From positions 15,502,001 through 15,566,000 of the forward strand of contig NC_087263.1 in the NCBI RefSeq assembly GCF_037042905.1: a DNA stretch of 64,000 nt, in the 5' to 3' direction. The notes under the pieces were generated by a model. That model was not told where the DNA came from. It searched no databases and saw only the letters and a program-made list of their open reading frames with translations. Position numbers and translations under genes: made by a program. Within the stretch, counting starts at the first letter, position 1, and each line of letters opens with the position of its first letter. This document shows, one piece after another, positions 14,401-26,400 of this stretch. This stretch comes from Lytechinus pictus. Lineage: Eukaryota.

Positions 14401-17400
14401 ATATACGATTGGAATTGTAGCGAACTAGTTCGCTATTTTTTTCAGATCTCCTCGATATATAGACGAGGGGAAATTGTAGCGAACTCGTTCGCTATTTCCA
14501 GATCTCCTCGATATGTACACCAGTGGGAATTGTAGCGAACTAGTTCGCTATTTTGGATCTCCTCGATATATAGACGAGGGGAAATTGTAGCGAACTAGTT
14601 CGCTATTTCCAGATCTCATCGATATATACACCAGTGGGAATTGTAGCGAACTAGTTCGCTATTTTTTCGGATCCCCTCGATATATAGACGAGGGGGAATT
14701 GTAGCGAACTAGTTCGCTATTTTCCAGATCTCCTCTATATATACGATTGGAATTGTAGCGAACTAGTTCGCTATTTTTTCGGATCTCCTCGATATATAGA
14801 CGAGGGGGAATCGTAGCGAACTCTCTCGCTATTTTCCAGATCTCTTCTATATATACGATGGGAATTGTAGTGAACTAGTTCGCTATTTTTTCGGATCTCC
14901 TCGATATATACACCAGAATAGTGAACTAGTTCGCTATTTTCCAGATCTCCTCTATATATGCGATTGGAATTGTAGCGAACTAGTTCGCTATTTTTTCGGA
15001 TCTCCTCGATATACATACGACGGGAAATAGTAGCGAACTAGTTCGCTATTTCCACCTCTCCTCAGACGGGGGGGAATTGTAGCGAAATTTTCGGATCTCC
15101 TCGATATATACACCAGGGGGAATCCGAAAAATAGCGAACTAGTTCGCTACAATTACCCCTCGTGTACATATAAAGGAGATCCGAAAAATAGCGAGAGAGT
15201 TCGCTACAATTCCCACTGGTGTATATATCGAGGAGATCCGAAAAATAGCGAACTAGTTCGCTACAATTACCCCTCGTGTACATATAAAGGAGATCCGAAA
15301 AATAGCGAACTAGTTCGCTACAATTCCCCATCGTGTATATATTGAGGAGATCCGAAAAATAGCGAACTAGTTCGCTACAATTCCCCATCGTATACATGTA
15401 TGTATATAGAGGAGATCTGGAAAATAGCGAAAGAGTTCGCTACAATTCCCACTGGTGTATATATTGAGGAGATCCGAAAAATATCGAACTAGTTCGCTAC
15501 AATTCCCCATCGTATATGTATATAGAGGAGATCTGGAAAATAGCGAAAGAGTTCGCTACAATTCCCACTGGTGTATATATCGAGGAGATCCGAAAAATAG
15601 CGAACTAGTTCGCTACAATTACCCCTCGTGTACATACAAAGCAGATCCGAAAAATAGCGAACTAGTTCGCTACAATTCCCCCTCGTGTATATATTGAATA
15701 GATCCGAAAAATAGCGAACTAGTTCGCTACAATTTCCCATCGTATATGTAGGAGAGGTGGAAATAGCGAACTAGTTCGCTACAATTGGCCACGTCGTATA
15801 ATATAGACTAATACAAGGAGATGGCTACAAATTTCGACGCTTATATATAAGCGTTGAAGATCGCTATATTTGCCATCTATAAAATACCGGGGGCTTACCG
15901 TGTATTTGACCATACTCACGGGACTAGCGTGATTTATGGTCTAAATATTTCTCCAAATGAATTGTGAAATTAGAAATTATGCACTTACCACAATTATATG
16001 GATGTAGGTCTAAGACTCTAACGAGTGGCCGTTTCCTGACATCTGGGCACAAACTGGAACCTCATCTCCTACCCCGTCTCGATCGGCCATTTTGTTACGA
16101 TTCATAACAAAAATGGCCGATCGAGACGGGGGTAGAAGGAGAGAACTCCCTGGGTTAGTCTCGGACTCGAAATTGGTGCGGTGATTCACGCGGGGTGGTC
16201 TTGGTAGTCCCCCGGGCCAGGCCGGTGCTAGACAGCTGGCAGCCGTCTGTTTCGAATTTGAGGAGTTTTAAAAAACATTTTTAATTTCTCCTTGTACACA
16301 GACGGTTCGCTATCGTGCAGCCACCATTAGGGGGGGGGGGTGGTAACAGTGCAAAATCCCCCCTACTACGGGGCTCATCGAGACTTATTATGAAAAGAAA
16401 TGTAACGTTAGGCCTACCAAAATAAAGATTATTATTCTGTTTTGGCCTGCATGAATGGGAAAAAATAAACTTAAAAGAGGAAAAAAACAGTGACTAATTA
16501 CTTCGGCTGTCGTGCAAATTCACTTCCCTGTTTTATCCGAACTTAATACAAAAACAGGTATGGCCATTGAGTCCCCTGTACAGATCGAGCTAACGTTAAC
16601 GTTAGAACTTCGGTCTCTGTATTTGGTGAGTGGAGCCAACGGAGTTCAGCGGAACAACCAACATAACAGAGACTGAAGCTGTTGGGCTAAGCCGGTGCAT
16701 GCATGCATGCCCCCACGACAGCACAGGGCAGGGCGATTTAGGCCTTGCAATGGATTGGGCTGGTGGTGGTTGCTCCAACTTCATGATCGTTTGTGAGAAA
16801 ATTATTGAATTGATAATCATGAAACTTATATTACTGGTGTTTGACATGTCATTAGCATGATTAATTTCACAGATTGAATTAGGCCTAGATCTAGATGGTG
16901 TTTCTTTTGTCTGAGACTTTGCTAGATCTATATGCAAGCAGTTTGAAACTGAGAGTGAGACTCTGACCCATATTCTGAAGTCAGGTTTAACTTAAACTCA
17001 GGTTTAAAGTTGTGGTTTAAGTATGGAAAGCCAATTGTTACATAAATCACTAACAGTAGAGATATCATACTTCAGCTCATTTGGCTCTCAAATCATTCAT
17101 AATTGTCGAGGAAGTATAAATATATTATTGTCTTCACCATCAATGAACCAGGAAAGAGCATGGTAAACATACATGTAGGAAACATACAACTTAATAAAAA
17201 TGTTGATACTTTTGGCTTCCCATACTTAAACTACAACTTTAACGTTAAACCTGAGTTTAAGTTACACCCGACTTCAGAATACGGGCCTCTGTGTCTGTGA
17301 GTGAGCTGAATATGCAAATGGATATGGCAATTGCCATTGGCATTGCTTGGGCATTGTTGGAAAAAAATGGGTGGTTTACTTCTAATAAACGAGTAACTAA

Positions 17401-20400
17401 CATTGTGTTATAATTTCTGAAGGTTTCCATGGCGAAGAAGAATAGTGTAGTAGGTTTCACGGTACACCATGTATTTTTTCTTGGGCATATGTTGGTCCTG
17501 AAAAGGACCACCCAATCTCGACGTTTCGACAAGAACACACTTGTCGAAACGTCGAGATTGGGTGGTCCTTTTCAGGACCAACATATGCCCAAGAAAGAAT
17601 ACATGGTGTACCGTGAAACCTACTACACTAACATTGTGTTGTTACTAAATTGATTGTGTGCCTAGAATGGCAATATATTACATGTACTTCCAAATCAGAG
17701 TTATCCATTTTGAGTTGAGTTGAATCAATAATCATTCATGCACTTGCATAATCATTCATGCACTTGTGCAATATATATCTTGGTAATATATCTTGGTAAC
17801 AAATATTCTTTTTTTAAAAAGTTTTTGTTCAACTTGCTCTCAATTCTCATTTCTTTATCTCTGCATCAATTTTCATCACAGTTTGCTCATAGTTCAAATG
17901 TGAATGAGCTCCTGAAGATGATGGGGTCAAAGGTCCTCTAAGTCTATTGAAAAAAAGGTCAAGTTTTTGTTTAAATTGCTCTCATTTATTTATTTCTGCA
18001 TCAATGTAATTGCAAATGATCCTGACCTTGGGTAAAGTGTGTAGTTGACGTCTTCCCAACCTTTTTAGCATTTTGTCTTTTAAAAAAAATATGTGTAGAC
18101 AGCTGGTAATGTCTGTTCCGAGGAGTTTTTATTTATTTTATTTTTTATTTTTCCTCGCACACAGATGGCTCGTGATCATGCAGCTGCCATTAGGGGGTTA
18201 ACAATGCAAAATCCCTTGACGGGGCTCATCGATTTTTGTTTTTATTTCATAAAAGTACCGGTGGGTATATAAAAAGAACTGGACCAAAATAAAGATTATT
18301 ATTCCGAAAATGCATCAAAACAGGTAAAAATAAACTTTGAAGGGGAAAAAACAGTGACTTCCCTGGTTTTTCCGAACTTAACACATAAACATATGGCCAA
18401 TGAGTCCCTGTACAGATCGAGTAAGAACTTCACTCTCTGTAATTGGTGAGTGGAGCCAACGGAGTTCAGCGGAACAATCAACATAACAGAAACCGTGAAG
18501 CTTTTGGTCTAATTTCTGTGGTGCACTCACTATATGCTGTGCTTCGCAGAGGTGTCACCTCCATATCTTATTGTAAACTCTACAAATTTCAGAATATGAA
18601 TAATGCTTTGAAAATCAATGTTGAATTTAAAGGACAAGTCTAACACCCTAACAAAAAGTTGATTTGAATAAAAAGAGAAAAATCCAACAAGCATAAAACT
18701 GACAATTTCATCAAAATCATATGTAAAATATTTTTTTTTTACATATTTGTAAGTTTCATTTAATTTCACAATTCACAGTTATATACCCTTGACTGATGGC
18801 ATCACCCACTCACTATTTATTTTTGTGTTTCATTATAAGAAATATAAAATATTTTACTTTTCATTGTCATGTGAATAAAAACTTTCTTCTTCCCTGAATA
18901 TGTGGATTTACCATTGTACTTACATATTTTGGTTCAGGCAAGTTGGCAATAATTAACAAATCTGTAAAAATGAAAATATTTCTTAAATTCAAACAATAAA
19001 ATATTAGAACTTGTGAGTGAGTGACATCATTGACTCTCTCATTTGCATATCATTGAGTTGTGTGATCATCCCAAACAAGTCTCTTACATATTCCACTATC
19101 TAAAAAATCCTGGTGCGATCGATCCTTTGCTCATGCTAGAGCAGCCCTGTGGAATTCACAACTACAGGAGCTGAAGCTAGAGCTCTGCAACATCATTTAA
19201 GGGTAACCTAAAATTGCATTTGTTCACCAGCAGGTACTAGGTAAAACAATTCCTCATTTATAATGTACCTTTTCTTATACTTAGACTCTAAGTTCTCTAT
19301 ATACTTTTATGTTTTGCTCTCTTAGCATTTAATGAAAATGGAAAAGACTATGTGAATCCTATGTTTTATTAGTATAACGTTTTGTGAGAAATTAGGACAA
19401 CTTTAATTATTTTGAAGAAATTTTCAGCGTTTTGCTTGTTTGATATTTGTGTATTGTCTATGAATCTGTGTGAATATTCATTGTGTACGTATGTGCAAAT
19501 TGGATCAGCTATACCAAGCGAGCATGAATGATTGCGACTTGATAAAGACTAGTCAGTTCTGGTTTACACATGTGAACATGATGTTGCTCTAGTCTCATTT
19601 TGTGATAATTTCATAGATTTGCAGGAATCAGCACCAGGCCATGGGCTATCAAAACATATAAGCCTGTTCACGGTTGTAAACTGCGCACGAGCAGAAAAAG
19701 GCCATTTGAGATAAACCATGAAGGTGGCTTTCAAATTCACTGACATAGGCATTTGTGATTTGATGAATATTCATGTATTCCTTTCAAAATATTCATTTTA
19801 TCACATCCAAGCTGAAGAGTAATAAATAGAGCCTTCACAATCACTGGTATTTGACAGTAGCCTATAAAGCAATAGTCAAATGTGCCATAGGCAGACAATA
19901 AAACAGATTTCCAAACTTTATCCCTGATGTAGTATTCTGGTCACCTGGTCTATACTAATGCCTTTTGTTCTTAGAATTTGAATACTCTACCGGTAAAGCT
20001 TACGCAACATCTACATTTGAAAATGATAGTGCTTATCCTAATGAAAAATCACAAAGGTCATTTGAGAAAAGTTGATCATGAGCTAACCGTGAACTGGCTT
20101 ATTGATTCAAATCAACATTTTTCTAGGGTAGACTTGACCTTTAAGGATTCATGATACTAAATCAAAATATTTCTTCATATTAATCAATGTCTTGCAGCTT
20201 GCTATAGCCCAGACGCCTGGTCAGGTACAGGGCCTTGCCATCGACGGCATTCAGCAGTGGGGATTCAGCGCATCATGGCAAGAGCCACTGGACGGCAACA
20301 CCCCAGTGCGTTACGATGTAACCATTGAGTTGACAAACCCTGTTAGAGAGGCTTATGAGATCAGTTTCGAACCGGCTGCTGATGGAGTGTACGAGGTGGG

Positions 20401-23400
20401 CCATCTCTACGATGATAGCACTTACAGTTTCAGCGTGGTAGCTGTTAACTCGGACGGCCAGGCGGGAGAAGCAGTTGTTGAGAGTAATATTGTTATTCCA
20501 CGTAAGTATTAATACTTCACAGGCGAGACAAATACATGTAGGCTGGAGCAAAGGGTGACTCCTAGAGAACACAAAACTGTTTTTTCAGAATATTTTCATA
20601 CTTATGTGACACATATAAACGCTTTGAAATTTTTGTTTGAACATTTTGAAATCAATGTATTTCACTCCCAAAAAGGTTGGATTCAAGCCCCCATATAAGT
20701 TGCAAAGAGGCCCTTTGAATGCCGGCTTCTTTATGATGAGGTGCAGGTGTACAAGAAGCCGTTCTGAATGGGAGAGGGGGTATGGGGCAGGGGAAACATC
20801 CAAGAGGGCCAGCCTGTCACAAAATGTTGATGGCATATGCTATGGTTATGGGAGGGTTGCAAATTAATTTTTATTTCAAATTAACTTGAAAGTAAGGGAG
20901 AAAAGCAATTGAGCATATCATGGGGGCCCTTTTGCATCTTTGAAGGGTTTGGGTCACCATTTTGGTGAATTTTTCAGATTTTTAGCAAAGAAGTGTAAAT
21001 TTCACAATTTTGGAGAAAGTGGGGGTGAGGTGGAGGTAACAAAGGCAACTACCCCTCCCCTGTTATTAACACCGGGTGTTCTGGTGATGACCCCCACATG
21101 ACCCCGGCCAAAATATTTCAAGTAAAAAAAAGATAAACAAAACCACTCTCAGAAGCAGAATATCATTTACATTGTGATTATACAGTGCGTATCAAAAAAA
21201 AGTTTACACTTTGAAAAAGCCCTGGGAATTCAAAAATATACAACATGTGGGTAATTTTTTCACATATAATCTTGGGTTTGGGTCTCATCTATCCAATGAA
21301 AGTAAAAGTTTTGACAGAATGTTACACTTGAGTGAGCACTGTCCATTTTTGTAAAGCTCGCAGAAATCTATATGCGCAGAAATGCTTGTTTTCACGCTGT
21401 GTCAAGGGAAAAGGGCGAAATCAATCTTACCCTGCGAACATTAAAGCATTTTGTAACGATCTTGCCACCCAAATTGAAATTTCAACATTTAGTAAACACA
21501 ACATTACCCATTTTGTGCCAGCTGGATCTGAGGATATACCGGTAACTGAATCTGAACGAAAGTTTATATCAGACATCTCCAGCATTTTTTCACTTAGTTT
21601 TTATCATTTAAAGTGGGTTTACATTTCATTTTTGTCTCACCTGCATAGCAGAGTGAGACAATAGGCGCCGCTTTTCCGACGGCGGTGGCGGCGTCAACAC
21701 TAAATCTTAACCTGAGGTTAAGTTTTTGAAATGACAGCATAACTTAGAAAGTATATGGACCTAGTTCATGAAACTTGGCCATAATGTTAATCAAGTATTA
21801 CTGAACATCCTGCCTGAGTTTCATGTCACATGACCAAGCTCAAAGGTCATTTAGGGTCAATGAACTTAGACCATTTTGGGGGAATCAACATCAAAATCTT
21901 AACCTAAGGTTAAGTTTTTTAAATGTCATCATAACTTAGAAAATATGTAGACCTAGTTCATGAAACTTATACATAAGGTTAATCAAGTATCACTGAACAT
22001 CCTGCATGAGTTTCACGTCACATGACCAAGGTCAAAGGTCATTTAGGGTCAATGAACTTTGGCCGAATTGGGGGTATCTGTTGAATTACCATCATAACTT
22101 TGAATGTTTATGGATCTGATTCATGAAACTTGGACATAATAGTAATCAAGTATTACTGAACATCCTGTGCAAGTTTCAGGTCACATGATCAAGGTCAAAG
22201 GTCATTTAGGGTCAATGAACTTTGGCCAAATTGGGGGTATTTGTTGAATTACAGCCATAACTTTGAAAGTGTGTTGGTCAAGTTCATAAAACTTGGACAT
22301 AAGAGTAATCAAGTATCACTGAACATCCTGTGCACATTTTAGGTCACATGACCAAGGTCAAAGGTCAATAAACTTTGGCCGTAATGGGGGTATCTGTTGA
22401 TTTACCATCATAACTTTGAAAGTTGATGGATCTGAGTCTTGAAACTTGGACATAAGACTAATCTAGTCTCACTGAACATCCTGTGCGAGTTTCAGGTCAC
22501 ATGATCAAGGTCAAAGGTCATGTAAGGTCAAAGGACTTTGGCCACTTTGGGGGTATTTGTTGAATTGCCATCATATCTCTATAAGTGTATTGGTCTAGTT
22601 CATAAAACGTGGAAATAAGAGTAACCAAGTATCACTGAACATCTTTTGCGAGTTATAGTAGTTTTCAAAATCAGCACTGCTGCTATATTGAATCGCGTGA
22701 TGCAGGTGAGACGGCCAGAGGCATTCCACTTGTTCATTTAATACTTGTTTCTCCACACTTCTCCCCAAGCTTAACAATGATTAACAAAATGAAAATCAAG
22801 CCTAAGCCATTTCATGTAAATCACAGCTCAGTGTAAAGCAAATATCGTCTCGATGGCCTCGGTGTGTAGGGAAATGGGGTGGGGCGCAATGCACTCTTCA
22901 AAGTTTTTGGGCAAGGAAACAAGTTTGAAAAGGTAAAAGATATATCTTAAAATCAATTTTACTACCTAAATTCCACGTTTTCTTCATGATTACGGTCTAC
23001 TTTTATTTGCATAACTATTTCAAAGTTCTGCGCAAATCACTGTTCACTAACTTTTCGAAAGTAAATGGTGCTCACTCAAGCGGAAATATTTTTCGACAAT
23101 TATATTGTCATTTGCTTTAATGGATCTGTACCAATGTTAAAATGTGGAGAAATCTTCAGGATATTACAAATGTATAATTTTACAGAATTTTTTTCAAAGT
23201 GTAAACTTTTTGCTACGAAAGAAAATATCAATCTATTCATCTGAACTTTATGCTATCATTGAAATCGAGAACAGTGTCACGTCCGATCCGGTAAGCTCTG
23301 TCAGCTCGTGAAATACGATAACATCAATTGTGCATCGGCACTAAGTGGCAAAGATGATGATTTCCCCGCCAATTCAGATGATCTGAAGAAGTATCCCGGA

Positions 23401-26400
23401 TGGGACGTGAAACTGTTCTCCATTTCAATGATATTAATACCTCAGTCACATTTTATTCATTTTTTATTCAAACCACCTTTATGTAGCTGGTACAAAAAAA
23501 TGTTGAAATGGCCGCCCTAGGAGAAACATGACTGCAGCATAATCAGATTTATTTTCGCTTTCGCAAGTCAACTTTCTTCCTGGATGAATCAAAACGTACA
23601 TCAGCTTAATCTTATTTTTGTTATTGACTCTTTTTAGCATGCCGCATTTGCCTCGATACGGCTGGACCTAACTTTTTCAGCTTCAACATTGAACCCACGT
23701 TCAGTGAACCTATTCGTTTCGTTGGACGATCGGTGGATGCGACATCAAGCACCGTCTATCCTGCCAGAAACCTCGCCGATGGTATTTCTTCATTATTTTA
23801 CTTTCAGTCAAGCTCTCCACTTATACCTGGTGTCCTCTATGAATTTGAAGTGCGCAGCGAGAGCGATGATGCACTTCTTGCAGCATCACGATATAGAACA
23901 AGTGAGTAAAAACAGTTAGGATGGTATTCTGCTAATTAAACCTCGAGGTTTAACCCTAGTCTCAACTATAATTTTAAACCACACTTCTATGGAATGCTGG
24001 GCTGCTTAATATTTCTTCCATATTCGTGGCAATTATACGGTATCATTTAGTTCATTAAATTCCATAATATTTTTGTAGTTCCCTATTCCTCCCATTTCGC
24101 AATATAGGTAATGTTTGACAAAGCATTTTGTGGAATTAGAATGATTTTTAATTGGTGAATGCATGGGTTGAGAACTGGCACTCCAATGACTCTATACAAG
24201 TCTGGTCTAAGCTAACCCAGGTTTAAAGGTCAAGTCCACCCAAGGAAAATGCTGACTTGAATAAATAAAGAAAAAACAAACTAGCATAGTGCTGAAAATT
24301 TCATCAAAATCGGATGTAAAATAAGAAAGTTAGAACATTTTAACCCTAATTCTCCCAGGGGGGGGGGGCATAATGGCCCCCCTCAACAATTTTCGCGATA
24401 CATCTGCTGCGCAAAATTTTTTGACCTCGCCGCTCCCTGAATTTTTACTTTCAAGTCTCGCGCAAATTTTGAGACCAAATTTGTGACGCCCGGGTACGCG
24501 GTTTACGACATTACGCAACATTATGTAAGTGCATGTCAGACCCAAAATTGCTCATAAACGTGATTTCATGTACAAATCCAATGCAAATTGTGTATTTAGC
24601 CAAAATTCATAAATGTATAATTTTTTCTACTTTTACTGATTAAACTTAATTAATTAATTTTGCCTTGTTTATGATCAGAATTAAGTCTGGAACAATTTCC
24701 ATTGAAAAAACAATAAAAAAAAGCAAAAAGTTAAAAAAACAAAGAAATACATAAGAAATAAAAAAAACAATAAAATACATAAGAAATCGGTCTTGATACC
24801 AGAATTTTTTTCATTCACAATTGTTAGGAATGCTATAAAGAATATTTTCACCAAAAAATAGCATTCTAGGAGCTTTATTTAGTGAATCAGAGCAAAAAGT
24901 ATGATTTCATGAATAAATTAGCATAATTAATTCATATAAAATAAAAATACATAAATTCAGTGAAATTACCAATGGAACTGCATAGATTACGTCATTCTCT
25001 ACCATCATGCAAAATTTCGTCGTGATCGCGCAATCCACGGCTGAGATCTTAAGGGGGGGGTCATAATGCCCCCCCCCCCCGGAATGACAAGAATCAAAAT
25101 ACCCCGAGAGATTTAGGCTTAAAGTTTCGCTTATTTTTCACAAAACAGTGATATGCACAACTAAAATGTACATTCTAATATTTTTCATGTTTTAGGGGGC
25201 TAGTTCTCACAACTGACATGTATTGCTTAAATCTGTAAAATGTGCATTTCAATATTTTTCATGTTTTGGGGGGCTACATGTAGTTCTCACAACTTACATA
25301 CATGTATTGCTGAAATCTGTAAAATGTACATTTTAATATTTTTCATGTTTGGATAAGCTTTAACATTGGATTAAAGTTTCCAGGGCTCTTTTGAGCCTTT
25401 TTTTTTTTTGGGGGGGGGGATTGAAATCGCTCGAGGCCCTGTGTAGTTTTTTCCCCTGCATCTCAGTCTTCATAGACAAGACAACAGGGACGGCAGGAAA
25501 GATGCAATGAAAAGACGCATAGCACCCTTATATGCAGATTCATACTAAAAGACATGGCACAGATTTTTGGGAATGTTGCCTTAATTATTACATGTAGTAT
25601 AAATCACACAAGTAAATACTGTAAGCATAGTAAACTGTTAGGATAAAAAATCCTAGGACAGCCAGCAGCTGGAAATTGAGTGGGTCCATATTCCTTGCAC
25701 CGTTGTCATACTGTTTTTATTTGGTGCGTCATGGTCTGGTGGTTCTGACTCTCGCCTTTCAAACAAGACGTGGGTGGGTTTGAATCCTAGCCAAAGCGTG
25801 TTTTCCACACTGTGCTGCACTCAATGCAGGTGAGTGAATGGCTCCCTGTCGGGATTAATTCCTTGAATGCACTGAGCACCGTTGAAAACAGGTGGTTCGA
25901 GCTAAAACCGGGGTAATGATAGCAGCGCTTTGTATCCTCAGGCAAAAAGTGCTATATAAATCCAGCTACTATCATTAATATTATTTTCTTAAAATATGAA
26001 TATTTATAGTATCATTTCATTTTAGCATTATTATAATTAGTATTCTGACCCAGTAGGATGCAAAATGTATTGTACTTGTATGTTTGAATTTGCCAGAGCC
26101 ATTATGAGGCTGCGATGAATGCAAGGAATGCTCTCCAGGGAGTGGAAATTGTGCACTTTTCATGCACATTTGAAAGGAATCCAATGACCGGAGTAACAAT
26201 ATGCTGTAAAGCGCTTTACGTCGATATAAAAATATATATATATTATTTTTCATTCCCTTTCATTTTTTAAGCTCCGTACCCTGTAAGGAACCTTCAGGTT
26301 GGCATCACTGGACTAAGCGTGACCATAGAGTATGAACAGCCGACCCAAATACGTGAAAATAGCTTTGGGTACAGGATCTCTTACAATGACGCTCAGGGCA

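Noticed and set aside
14771..15740. Repetitive ORFs (GNCSELVRYFSDLL...)
   Set aside because: Translations of 57-bp repeat units, open on both strands, with no domain or splice support.
13960..15790. CRISPR array
   Set aside because: Palindromic repeats have regular spacing, but the spacers are a few recurring variants, the array inverts midway, it has TIRs and a TSD, there are no cas genes and the context is a spliceosomal intron.
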